The notes under the pieces were generated by a model that was not told the origin of the DNA, searched no databases, and saw nothing but the letters and a program-made list of their open reading frames with translations. This document shows, piece after piece, positions 1 through 10,649 of a stretch of DNA of 49,953 bases. Position 1 is the first letter of the stretch; every line of letters starts with the position of its first letter. Source of the stretch: Dimargaris cristalligena (taxonomy: Eukaryota); NCBI GenBank assembly GCA_003614675.1, contig ML002274.1, positions 1 to 49,953 of the forward strand, read 5' to 3'. The translations under genes and the position numbers were made by a program.

Positions 1-24
1 ATTTGGACTGTTCAGTCTCTCTAC

Positions 25-72
25 CCCCCCCCCCCCCCCCCCCCCCGGGGGGCTACCCCCCCCCCCCCCCCC
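25..72. repeat. Poly-C/poly-G homopolymer tracts
   Basis: Two long C runs separated by a G run and CTA. Confidence 0.9.
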
Positions 73-527
73 ACACACACATACACTCCCTTCCCCTTCG
101 ATTTAGTATGAACCCCAAACGAACCCTTTTACGCTGGCTTTGCAAGTATGCTTAGCTACCCAACCCCGAATACGCTTTCACGCTCCATCTACTGTACATG
201 TTACGCGCCACCCCCACTTTATTCCACCAGTATTATAATGAATAAATATTTTATATTGCAATTGTGTTTTGGGGCTTATCCTATCATTTGGAACTGAGCC
301 CGTGTTTCAGTGGAGCTCCATACCTATACCAACTAAGGTCGACTGGGATTACCACAAGGTCTAATTCGGTAGATTAGCAAAGTTGATGATCCTCTCAACC
401 TGTTGACCAACTCTCCACTGATCCTTCTTAGGTGTATCATCAATGCTAAATTAGGCCCTATGCTTAGCGCAAGGGTTGGTGTGGGGCTGACTGGGCGAAC
501 GGATGGCTTCGTGTGGAAGAAACGATC

Positions 528-550
528 ATTATTATTATTATTATTATTAT
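528..550. repeat. (ATT)n microsatellite
   Basis: About 7 perfect ATT units. Confidence 0.9.
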
Positions 551-1922
551 CCGCTTCAACTGTCCCTAGTGATATAATTTAAACATATATGGGTGCGGGG
601 AGGTTAAGGGGTCGACGGAAAAGGAAATAGTCTATTACGGGATCACCACTATTTTATAACCGCATCATGGCTTGGCTGCATGTTAGGCATGGCGACCTTG
701 GCTTCATCGGATGCGGTCCGTAACAAAGTAGAATGGGATGATGGGCAGCGGTTAAATGATATACCATTAACTCCTAATAAGGCAAGATAAGACTGGCTAT
801 GGAGCTGGGTTTGGTTAAAGTGGGCAATGGAGTACGCCCTATAACACCACTGTGCGCTGGGTTAGAAATGGGGGATGGTTGAGTGCGTCTTTTTCAGAAT
901 CCATTGATTCAGCTATGCTTTCCAATTGCCCTGGGCTGGCCAACAATCAATGTGATCAGTAATTGCAACTTCCACTCCCAGCCTCGGGCCCATTAAGGTT
1001 ACCTCGCTTGATCTAACAAACGGTGTTCAGTTGGTCACCCAAAGGGAAACCCTACATAGCACTATCGCTACTCATATCAAATCAAAAACTCTGACAATAG
1101 TTTTGGGTGAGGGAGAGTAAGGTACGCTGAGTAACAGACATATTGTGCATCTATTAAATGCTGTAGTCATTACTTAGGCAGCCCCGTATAGGTTATCTAT
1201 TAAACGGAACCACTGGTAAATGCGTTTTCACTAGATAAACTCAAAAAAGGATAAATAAAACGAGTACATTGATAGATGCGATACGGACTAGTTCCTGATT
1301 GCCAACCCGGACCTTCATTAGCGAAGTAGCTAAGAGTGCATCAACCATTCAATGTACGCAAGTAGCCGCCAGTAAGCTCTCAAAACAAAGCAGGGAGGAG
1401 TTCGGCATATATTAATAGCGAACTCGCGAGCTCTTCCAGCTTAGATTAACCAATGGCGATCGAAACCACGCACCAGAAAACAGGGCGCTTCGGTTGGATC
1501 CTTATGGAACAAAGTATCACTTGCTAGCGTTATGTTGCTAATAGTATTGTTTAGGCCATATGGGTGGCATAATGTGAAAACTGGCCAAATGCAATAAAGA
1601 ACCCCGTAATCCGCAGAACCAAAGGCCACGTCGCATACCAAAAATTGACAATGGATTCTTTAAATAGTTTCTGGATCATCGCCGTTCGATATGGCCCAAA
1701 AACGAACGTTTTTTCTCGAAAATGTGTATCCACTTCAAACGCTAGTGTCATCATGGATACCTGTGGCCCGACTTTACATCCGTCGTATATTAAGGCAAGA
1801 CATGGTCGCCTAAACTGGACGTTATGCACTTTCCCCAAACTCCAGCTTTTGAGACACCCGGTTTTGATACTTTACATTTACAACCAGCTTACTTTCTCTT
1901 ACTTACATTACTACCATTCCCA

Positions 1923-2087
1923 ATGAAGGTCATACTAGCATGTGTGATGGCTATGTACATTCCAATTACTTGCAATGCGCAACCTATTACCCTCGACATT
2001 TCACCTCCCTTGGTGGAATCCGACCCATCGCCTGTGCGTATACCCAGACACATGTTGATGCTGATGCAGTGGAACACTGCCATTTAA
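1923..2087 (+). CDS. Small secreted peptide or decayed precursor (54 aa)
   Basis: MKVILACVMAMYIPITCNA|QPITLD...: signal-peptide-like N-terminus. TATATTAA at ~1786 and a pyrimidine-rich leader upstream. Confidence 0.4.
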   Translation: MKVILACVMAMYIPITCNAQPITLDISPPLVESDPSPVRIPRHMLMLMQWNTAI

Positions 2088-2618
2088 AGAGATATCAGGG
2101 CCGTCTTATTCGCGGCGAATAATCCCCCGAAACATCCGTTCGGTTCAACCAGTCGTCGGGGGAGGGGGGTCAGGGCCTGGAGCCAGGCCGGCGGGTTCCA
2201 TCTCGGCAGCGACAGCGAAAGATCCCGGCTAAATATATCTAATGGATTTAAGTTTTTTTACTTGATCCTTGTCCTGAAATGGTGGTTTCCTTTGGTTCTA
2301 CTAGTCAATATGGGGGAGTATCCGCCCGATATGAATCACTCTACTTACGATTGCATTCTTGGGCGAATATCGTTCGGGGGTGTTGCGCCGATTCAAAGTT
2401 TATTTTATCTAGGGTAGATTCCGTTTGGCTACAGACTGCGGGCATTTACTACTAAAAGCCCTATTTTTCTAATACGCAGATGTCGACTGTTTCCTGTGCA
2501 TAATAATAAACATTAGTCCGCCATTTGACCAATTTCATGTCAGTGGTGCCTGGCCTTTGAATGGGTGAAACCACCCGCAATAACAGTGGTAGTGGATACG
2601 AATCTCTCAATCCAAAAA

Positions 2619-2773
2619 ATCACGTGACACTAACAAGGAACGGCCCAACGCAGCTTCCCACTCCACTATTTTTTTTCGCATGGCATTCCCAAATGGTGGC
2701 GGAGATGGTTCACACCCATGGCAATTGAAGCTGATAACCACCGTGAAACTAACATCCTGGCCCAAAATTTTTT
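2619..2773 (+). promoter_or_regulatory. Candidate RPS21 upstream elements: E-box TCACGTGAC and RRPE-like AAAATTTTT
   Basis: Motif matches at ~2620 and ~2764, 400-540 nt upstream of the RPS21 ATG. Function is inferred only from similarity to yeast motifs. Confidence 0.3.
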
Positions 2774-3161
2774 AGAGAGTCCCACCGAGGTCCCCCCTAA
2801 AAGCAATAGAACCACTTAGCAGCCAGAAATTCGACATAGGCCAGGTCGGGTATAGTGAGTGTAGAGTGGGCGAGTGGAGGGAGGTTTCAGGTGGGATGTG
2901 TGTGAGAGAGAATTATGTAGTAGTAGTGGACAACCCCCCCATACTTTCCCCATAGGCCAAGTGGGCTGGGCGAAAAAAAATTGTATGCAAGCAGGAAGAA
3001 GGGGAAACTATGTCAACCCAAGTTCAAGTGCCCGATCCGCTGATTCCCCCTCTTCTTCTCATCTATCCACCAAGATCAACTTGTCTTTGTGCGTGATCCC
3101 TCCACACTCTCCCACACCCACCTTCCCCTTCCATTTTTCCACCCAACCCCCAACCGCTACT

Positions 3162-3422
3162 ATGGAGAACGATCAAGGCCAGCTCGTCGACATGTACCAG
3201 CCCCGCAAGTGCTCGGCTACCAACCGCCTGATCCCCGCCAAGGACCACGCCGCCGTCCAGATCAACATCGGTAACATCAACGACAAGGGTATCTACGTCA
3301 AGTCCTTCAAGACCTACAGTCTGTCCGGCTTCGTCCGCCGCACCGGTGAATCCGATGAGTCCCTCAACCGCCTGGCCACCCAGGACGGTTACCTGAAGAA
3401 CGTCTGGAACCCCCGGAAGTAA
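3162..3422 (+). CDS. RPS21: 40S ribosomal protein S21 (eS21), 86 aa, coding region intronless
   Basis: Translation from ATG 3162: [37 protein letters not shown]...[27 protein letters not shown], the eS21 signature. Strongly biased C-ending codons. The upstream part of ORF 2874 is 5' leader. Confidence 0.97.
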   Translation: MENDQGQLVDMYQPRKCSATNRLIPAKDHAAVQINIGNINDKGIYVKSFKTYSLSGFVRRTGESDESLNRLATQDGYLKNVWNPRK

Positions 3423-4223
3423 ACCCATTGTTTCTTTTACGAACCCTCGTTTGTCCGGACAACTTCGCATACAGCACAGGTGTGTGTGTGGGGTCGGGGC
3501 GGGGTTGGTGATTTTATAGAGTAAGACGCTGGTTCGGAGAGATCGGCCTTGTAACCCGGTGAATCTCTCCATCTCAGCCCAGCCGTTTTTTTTACTTAAT
3601 ACCACCAGCCGCCTCCGTCTATATTGGGTTGCCCCAAGGTTGCGTTGATCGGAGGCTACCTAGAAATCCCCTTTAAGGTACCCCCATTGTAACTTCAATA
3701 AAGAAAAAACCCCCTCGCTTGTTTTATTTCAATCTTTCCTAGATGACCGTAAACACGATTCTGTCAGATCTACATGATGGGCGAAGTTCCCAGAACTTGG
3801 CGATTCCGCTGATTTATGGCTGAATGGTGAATCTATGAGAGCAGTCCAAGCACAAAAGTGATTCGAAAGATCTGTAGGGGGACTAATTTAGTCCGAGTAT
3901 ATGAGATTCCCCGCCGGCTCACTTTCTGGGCTACCAAGCGTAGGGCCACTGATCACTAATCCGGATTTCATAACTGCCAGTATCATTCTGGAGCAAGGCG
4001 ATCTTCGGACAACTCCATGAATGACCAAGACCATTCAGGAGACACCACCTCATAGCCAACCCATTTCACGGGCCCCCTGCTTGGTCGGAACTTATCGATT
4101 CCCTTTTATTCCAATTTCTTTTGGGTGGATTCTATACCTCCCGAGGCGTCTCTCTTGAGCCCCCCCCCATTCGCTGGGGCCCACTTCCTATTCCATTCTA
4201 TCCCAACGCAACTCTGCTCCGCC

Positions 4224-7185
4224 ATGTCGGGTTTCGGCTCGGCTCGACTCGTCGGTTGGGGCGCCAACCTGGCCCCTTTGGTCCGGCCACTAGCCCGCCG
4301 GCCGGTTGCCGCACAGCTTAACTCTCTGAAAGAAAACCACCCCTCTCAACCAGGGACATTGCCTAGCATTGCCGAACTGGTTCCGCAATCTCCCTGGCTC
4401 GAGCCAGTGGTTAATGACGGCAGTTCCCCGGATGCCCATATCAAACTACCCACGGCTCTCGAGGCCCTAGCAACTCTACCTGGGCTGGAAAAGGTAGCGT
4501 GCACTGTTACTACGGCGGGGATTAAATTAAACCCGCATTGACGTTTGGCCAACCTACTAATTACGAAGAGTGTTCAGTGATGGCCATGTTTTACTACCGC
4601 CCCAGCGCTACGCTTGCTCATACATTATATCTCTCCCCAAGTAGAAATCTATATACTAATTATTTTATTCGTGATTTACCCCCATCATTGGCTGGTTAAC
4701 CCAACAACAGGATATCGAGATCACTGCCATTGCTGCAGGGCATATGTTCTCTATGGTTGGCATTCGGTCCCCTTCCAGTAACCGTCACTACCTGGCAGGG
4801 TTTGGAGTGAATAGCGCGGGTCAGTTGGGTAAGTGCAGTCCTTGGTATACCAATTTTATACCGCCACGCTATTGCACTTTAATGGGGTCTTTTAATCCCA
4901 ACCGCTAAACAAGCCACCCCCTCCATACACCTAATGCCCCCCGGTCTATTCATTGTCACGCTATATTTGGGGTACCCCCCTCCCCTCCTTGCACCACGTG
5001 GTTTTCAGGTACCTGCGAACCCAGCCGGGGACATTTCGGATTCCATCTGTTCCAGTCGTCCCACCCGGTATTAGGCCTGTCTTGTGGACGTCAACATACC
5101 CTCGCACTGTTCGGCGCGGACTCCTCTAGTACCGAGCCGGAACTTCTGATGAGTTGTGGTGATGACCAGCAAGGCCAGTCGGCTCTGCCCACATCATCCC
5201 CGGACGAATCGGAATCCTATAGCCTATCCGGCTTCCGTCCCACCCAAATTACACCGCCAAGTGACGAGTCCGAACCGATCCACATTAAATCGGTTGGGGC
5301 TGGACTGGATCACTCTGTACTCATGAGCCGTAAGTTTCTAATGGGGTTTGTCCCCAGCTTACCATGGCCTGGTTAATTTTAATCATCCCTCCAATGCGAA
5401 AGCGATGTCGGTGTTAAGCACCATTTCATTGGACCAGGTATTTGGCTCCGTGACTGTAATCGGGTTTGGTTTAGAACTATTATCCATTTTGATATCAAGA
5501 CGCATTGATGGGGTTGTCGAATGGTATATATTCTATACTTTGTGTGGCTGTTTCAAGCCATCGGGCATAAAACCCCGAGAAATATTCTAATTATACAACC
5601 CCTGGTTCATTTAACCCCCCCCCCCTCCCCTCTTCGCTACAGAAAACGGGCATATTTACACGATGGGCTGGGCTGCAGATGGCCAAGTCGGCCAGGGCTC
5701 CGCTTTTAAGAGCCACTGTTTAACCGCCCGGAGAATACCCGGCATTGCCGATATTTCATTCCGCAAAATCTCCACCAAATCCGACTTTACGTGGGCGCTC
5801 GACCGTAAGTATGACTAGATAAAGGTTTGGTCTAGTCATCGATATCCCGAAAACACGCGGCATTTTTCGTGACTAGACCTAACCGCCACCCCTACTGAAC
5901 GCTCCCATCCAGCCTTCCATTGAAAGGTGGCGATGGGGCGATGGCTTTTGGTATCGTTTACTCATAGTAATCCGAGTTATCTTTAATATAATATATACGG
6001 ATTTTTTAGACACCGGTCAGGTATACTTTTGGGGGAATTCGGAATACGGCCAATCCATGTTAGGGCACAAAACTGATCGGGTATGTGTCTACTCCACTGA
6101 ATATTTGTGAACTGAAACACGTACATATTACATATATATACACACATACATACAAACATACACACCAATACTCGATCGACCTGAACCTTCGTTGAATTTG
6201 CAATCCGCATCCACATCCATGGCTTAACTTATTTAACGCCGGCTATATGAAGCCTTGTGTCCAACATTTACTATTAGCACTGACACTCAACTGTACTACC
6301 AATTTAATTCATCGATAATTATTCACATCCTACCCGAACACCCCGTGCTTAGATTCTCGAAGCGGTACGAGTTCCTCTGGATTTCGCAGTCAAAGATGTA
6401 GCAGCTGGCGGAACCCATTCCCTCTTACTTTCAGGTAGGTATCCCCCCGCTACCCTTATATATATATATATATTATGGACATGTCATGGCTTTTGACCTT
6501 TGAAAACCCAATCTAGATGGTTATGTGTAAGGCTCCTTTATCAGCTCTGTGCAAAGGACATATTTGGCTGTTATCATGTCCTCCATTTCCCGCAAGTTAC
6601 TCACCATGATTGCCTGTCTATTACTGTTATTTGGGCCCGCGTGATCAACCGGTTGGATGCCCGATTTTGATATATATATATTTATATATGTCATTCGAAT
6701 GACAGAGGATGGTGACATGTACACATGTGGGTACGGGGCACTTGGGCTCGGTGACATTGAGCATGTGTTGCTGCAGCCCACGAAGATCCCGTGGCCAAAA
6801 ACCAGCGGGCTCGTGACCCAGGTCTTCGCTGGATTAGATTATTGTGCGTGCATAACTGGTAAGTATAAATCCACTATGTTTTGCGACCCTGCATACGATT
6901 CCATTACTTCATGTTTTGACCACCATGATCCAATATTTACAATTCCTCATCACACCCCAGCGCTTATTATTATTATGACCGCGTTTGTTACCTATTTACC
7001 CCTCAGATGCTGGCACCCTTTACGTTTGGGGATTAAACAGTGTATTCGGTCGACTGGGCCATGACCTCACAGGTGGGCTCTCTCATGTAGTCACTCCCCG
7101 TCGAGTTACTATGCCTTCAGGGTCCAAGGGGCGAACTTTAACTGTTGCCTGTGGTACCCATCATATATTGGCGCTGGTTCAATAA
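4224..7185 (+). CDS. RCC1-like beta-propeller protein (RCC1L/WBSCR16-like); exons ~4224-4493, 4711-4828, 5009-5329, 5643-5804, 6010-6080, 6353-6434, 6706-6858, 7007-7185
   Basis: GT-AG splicing joins RCC1 repeats in phase: IAAGHMFS..GFGVNSAGQLG, LSCGRQHTLAL, GAGLDHSV..IYTMGWAADGQVG, VYFWGNSEYGQ, VAAGGTHSLLL, YTCGYGALGLG, YVWGLNSVFGRLG, VACGTHHILAL*. Start codon uncertain. Confidence 0.88.
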
Positions 7186-7815
7186 AACCTTAGGCAACAG
7201 CCTCAAAAAATGGTTGAGAAATCGAGAGGTATATGGTTTAGAGTTTGAATATATCAATACAAAGGGTGAGTAAAGAAACGTATGGAATAACCACAGTTTC
7301 AAGCAGGGTATAAAGAAATAAGAAATCTTCAGAACAGTAGTGCCTTCGAGGGTTGGTAGGATTAAGGATAAGGTCCGGTATAAAATATAATGAGTATGAA
7401 TGTCTGCCCGCTCAAAATAGGCCAAATAAAAATGAACACCATGGGAAATGTGTATGAGCTGGTTTGATTGTACTTTAATCCTACAACTAAATATACAGGT
7501 ATAAAAAAGCGTGCTCGGTAGGTCAAATGCCAGGGCGCGGGCGGGCATGGTAGCGTATAAGACGCTTAGTCGCCGTGCGGTCCATGAGGGACTACAGGTT
7601 CTCAACCACGACAACTTCGTCCGGGTTTTCGCTATTACAGTAGAGTGGGACATGGTGCCGATAAAGAATAGTTAGATTTAGATACAATATAGTAGGCGTA
7701 GATGCAGGCTGATTAGAGACAGTCTGTAAAGCAGTAGGGTCGGTACATATATATATATATAGATATATATGCGGGAGTGGGGGTAGGGTAAATGTGAACC
7801 AGCGGCGAAAGGAAC

Positions 7816-10649
7816 TTACCGTTGCGGTCTCGGAACCGGCGAGGTTTCCATATCACTGAATTCCATATGGGCACTGTGACTGATGGGGTAATCGTACTCG
7901 TCCTCCTCCTCCTCGGAATAGGAGGTCGGACTCTGACAGTTACAACTAAAGTAGACAACGCGCTTCAAATGACGGTTAAAGAAGAAGTAGTGGAACGACC
8001 AGCTGTTATGGGGGGTAAAACGATGATCATCACGGCAGTGCCCGAAAGGCGATGGGGCCGGAGGGTAAACCACATGACAGCATGGGTGGTAAGGTATACG
8101 CGTTGAAGGAAGAAGGTAGTGTTCAAGCACACATCCACGCATTCCCAAACCAGGAAAGCAGTCATAATTGACATAGCCGAGATATGATGAGTTGGGTTGT
8201 GAGGTTCACGAGGTGTGTTGCGAGAGAACCGAAATACAAGAGCGCCAAACAAGGGCGGTCGCCAATGTACGCGGATAATTACCCAAGCAGACACGTGTCG
8301 ATTAGATGAGTTGTTTCCAATGCCATAGTGTGTGTATGTGTAGGTGATTGATAACCAACGCAACGTATGATGAACCAACAGTTCCATTAGGAAACAACCA
8401 CACCCAGAAAGACCCCCATCGCGCATTCGAAATAGATTCCAAAAAAAGGTGATGATTTTAGAAACCAGGGGTGTTGAATACGATAGAATACCAAAACTAG
8501 GGTATTCAAGAAAATAACCACATCTATCCTTGCTATACTAATCTATGCTCCACCGTGACTCGCGTGGGGGGAAAAGAGGAATGTTTGGCTGGTGAAGGAG
8601 AACGAGGGTTAGGCGACCAAGCTAATAGAAGATGGTAGACCTGACCCCCTCATTCTCACGGTTAGTACTAGGTTGGTCCCCTTTCTCGAATGGGGTCTCC
8701 GCGGAATAGGTGCGGAGATGAATCAAGAAAGACAAATAAGCGGTAAGCCAGAGGGTAAAGAGGTGGGGGATGATTCACTGACTGCTTATCAGATCCGGGT
8801 ATTAGAGGGTGGTGAGTGGAAGGGGGCTGCAGCGATATTTACCCACCGCCAAGTCACAAGTCATAATACTTTTTTCCCTTTCATGTTAACCCTGGGATCC
8901 CAGCCAAAGCCCAAAACCATACCCCATCCAGAAAATACACGCCAAAACATAGGCGAATGAATCAAGCTGGAGGCCAAAGAAGGGAAAACCACACAGGGGT
9001 GGAGGTCACGGGGAGCTGTATAATTTGGTTAAAGGCACGGGCAACAACAATCGACGGTACTTACATTGAGCCGTTCTCGGCAAAGGGGTCGGAGTCCCCT
9101 TCGGGTTGGTAGGAGTACACGCTGCACTCTTGAAGGTCAATGACCTTATCGACGACTTCCCACAGGCGGTAGCGCTGGATGGCGGTGGTGTTGCCCGCCG
9201 TAAAGAGGGTTGAATTGATGGAGTTGATAACTGACATGGCGTCGGGCTCATGAGTGAACTGCTCCTTCGTAATAAACCTGTTGGTTCAGATGGCGAGAAT
9301 AGTTATAGGCAAAAGACCAATTATAGCAGGATGATGGTTAATATTCCAGCCTGGAGAAAATAGGAGTGTGGGCAGCTATCAAACGGTATCGGCAGCCAAG
9401 TGTAAGAAGGCTGATTCAGGAAGCTGAAGGCCCATTGTCATACAGACGCGTGGGAATTGTCACCACGGGATCCACCCGCCGGCGCTGAGTAAGAAGGGGG
9501 GTAACGGGGGGGGGAATACCACTCCACAGAACACCCGGGGAGGTTTATGGTAGCACCAAGGTCTAAAAATGGATTAAGGAGGGAGTCAGGACTTACCGGA
9601 AGTCGTAATCAGGGAAGGACGCGTTCAGCGTGGCAATAAGGTAGAAAAGCACCTTGCGCGATGACGTCTCGGTGAGGGGTCCAAAGGGGGAGGTCATATG
9701 GCTCAGTGACTGCTCGGGCGAGAGGCTCGAAGCTTCCAGCAGGTCCTCCTGGAATTTATTCTCAAAGAACTTGTACAGTTTTTTATCGGCCCCCGCGAAT
9801 TTGCCTAGTGGGAATGAGAAGTGGACACATAGAAGGGAACAACAGATAGGAGGTTTGCACCAAATCGCATTGCAATAGTAGTCGCGTGTGAGTTGTTCGG
9901 GTTGGTTTAAAAATAGTAGCCATTACAGAGTCTGATCACGCGAAACGAGAAAAAAGCGCAAGTGGGAGGCTAAGAGTGAGCCGAGAAGCCGGGTGTTTCG
10001 CATACACGCAATACCAATATAAATATGGGTGAAGTTCAGCTTAGCTGCATAAGAATTTAACTGATATGTGTATGGGAAAATCGGTGGGTTCTTATTTTCA
10101 ACCAGTAGTATTTGCCTCATCAAATGGATTTTTCGTTATACAGCCTTGCTGAACTACTCCCATATAAATACCGATGCAAATAACAACAGGCATTGCACCA
10201 TAGAGCACCACAGCCTCCACCGTGAACAGTGTTCCCCACCAAGGGAGCAGGTGGAGATTTATGTCACTCGCTTAGGGATGGTGACTGCTGTCGTCAGCGA
10301 CAGAAGGAAGAGTGGCGAGGATTATCCACCACTCTGTCCCTTTCACTGAGCCCTTAGGGCTCTCCTCAGGGACTTGGGGCAGTGCAGGCCCGCGTCTCTG
10401 GTCGGGGTACATTACAGTGTATCTGGTTATTGGGACGCCTGGGTAAGTCCCACGCCCTTGCCACAAGCCGTTTTCGGACCAGTCACTAATAATTCGACAG
10501 AGAGGGGGTGTACAAGTACAGTAAGAAGAGGGTGGGGGGTACTTACAGGAATAGGCTTCGAGACGGCCATTGACGCGGTTTTCGCCCGAAGTCTCAAACG
10601 AGAGGACGGGGTTTATTATGTTGAAGTCGGCGATGTCCAGGTATTTCAT
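7816..10649 (-). CDS. MAF1: Repressor of RNA polymerase III transcription Maf1; exons 10649-10547, 9804-9597, 9277-9065, 8002-7816
   Basis: Spliced translation: MKYLD...[19 protein letters not shown]...[31 protein letters not shown]...[52 protein letters not shown] plus an acidic tail. GTAAGT donors and YAG acceptors are in compatible phases. Confidence 0.95.
10024..10164. mobile_element. MITE-like element, copy 1 (inside MAF1 intron 1)
   Basis: ~30-bp imperfect terminal inverted repeats (TATGGGTGAAGTTCAGC..AGCTGCATAA / TTATACAGCC..GCTGAACTACTCCCATA) with TA at both ends. Aligns end to end with 38738-38879 (inverted) and 41824-41965. Confidence 0.75.

Noticed and set aside
985-1045. 5S-like fragments on the minus strand (CACCGTTTGTTAGATCAAGCGAGG; TGGGTGACCA)
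   Set aside because: The blocks are short and not colinear with 5S order; probably chance.
7965-8426. 153-aa hydrophobic minus-strand ORF
   Set aside because: It lies in MAF1 intron 3 and overlaps exon 4 out of frame; no family features.
10330-10375. Hammerhead-like CUGAGGA-stem-GAAA and TPP-like GGAUAAU on the minus strand
   Set aside because: There are three extra nucleotides before GAAA and the flanks pair with each other, giving a two-way junction. The other TPP elements are absent.
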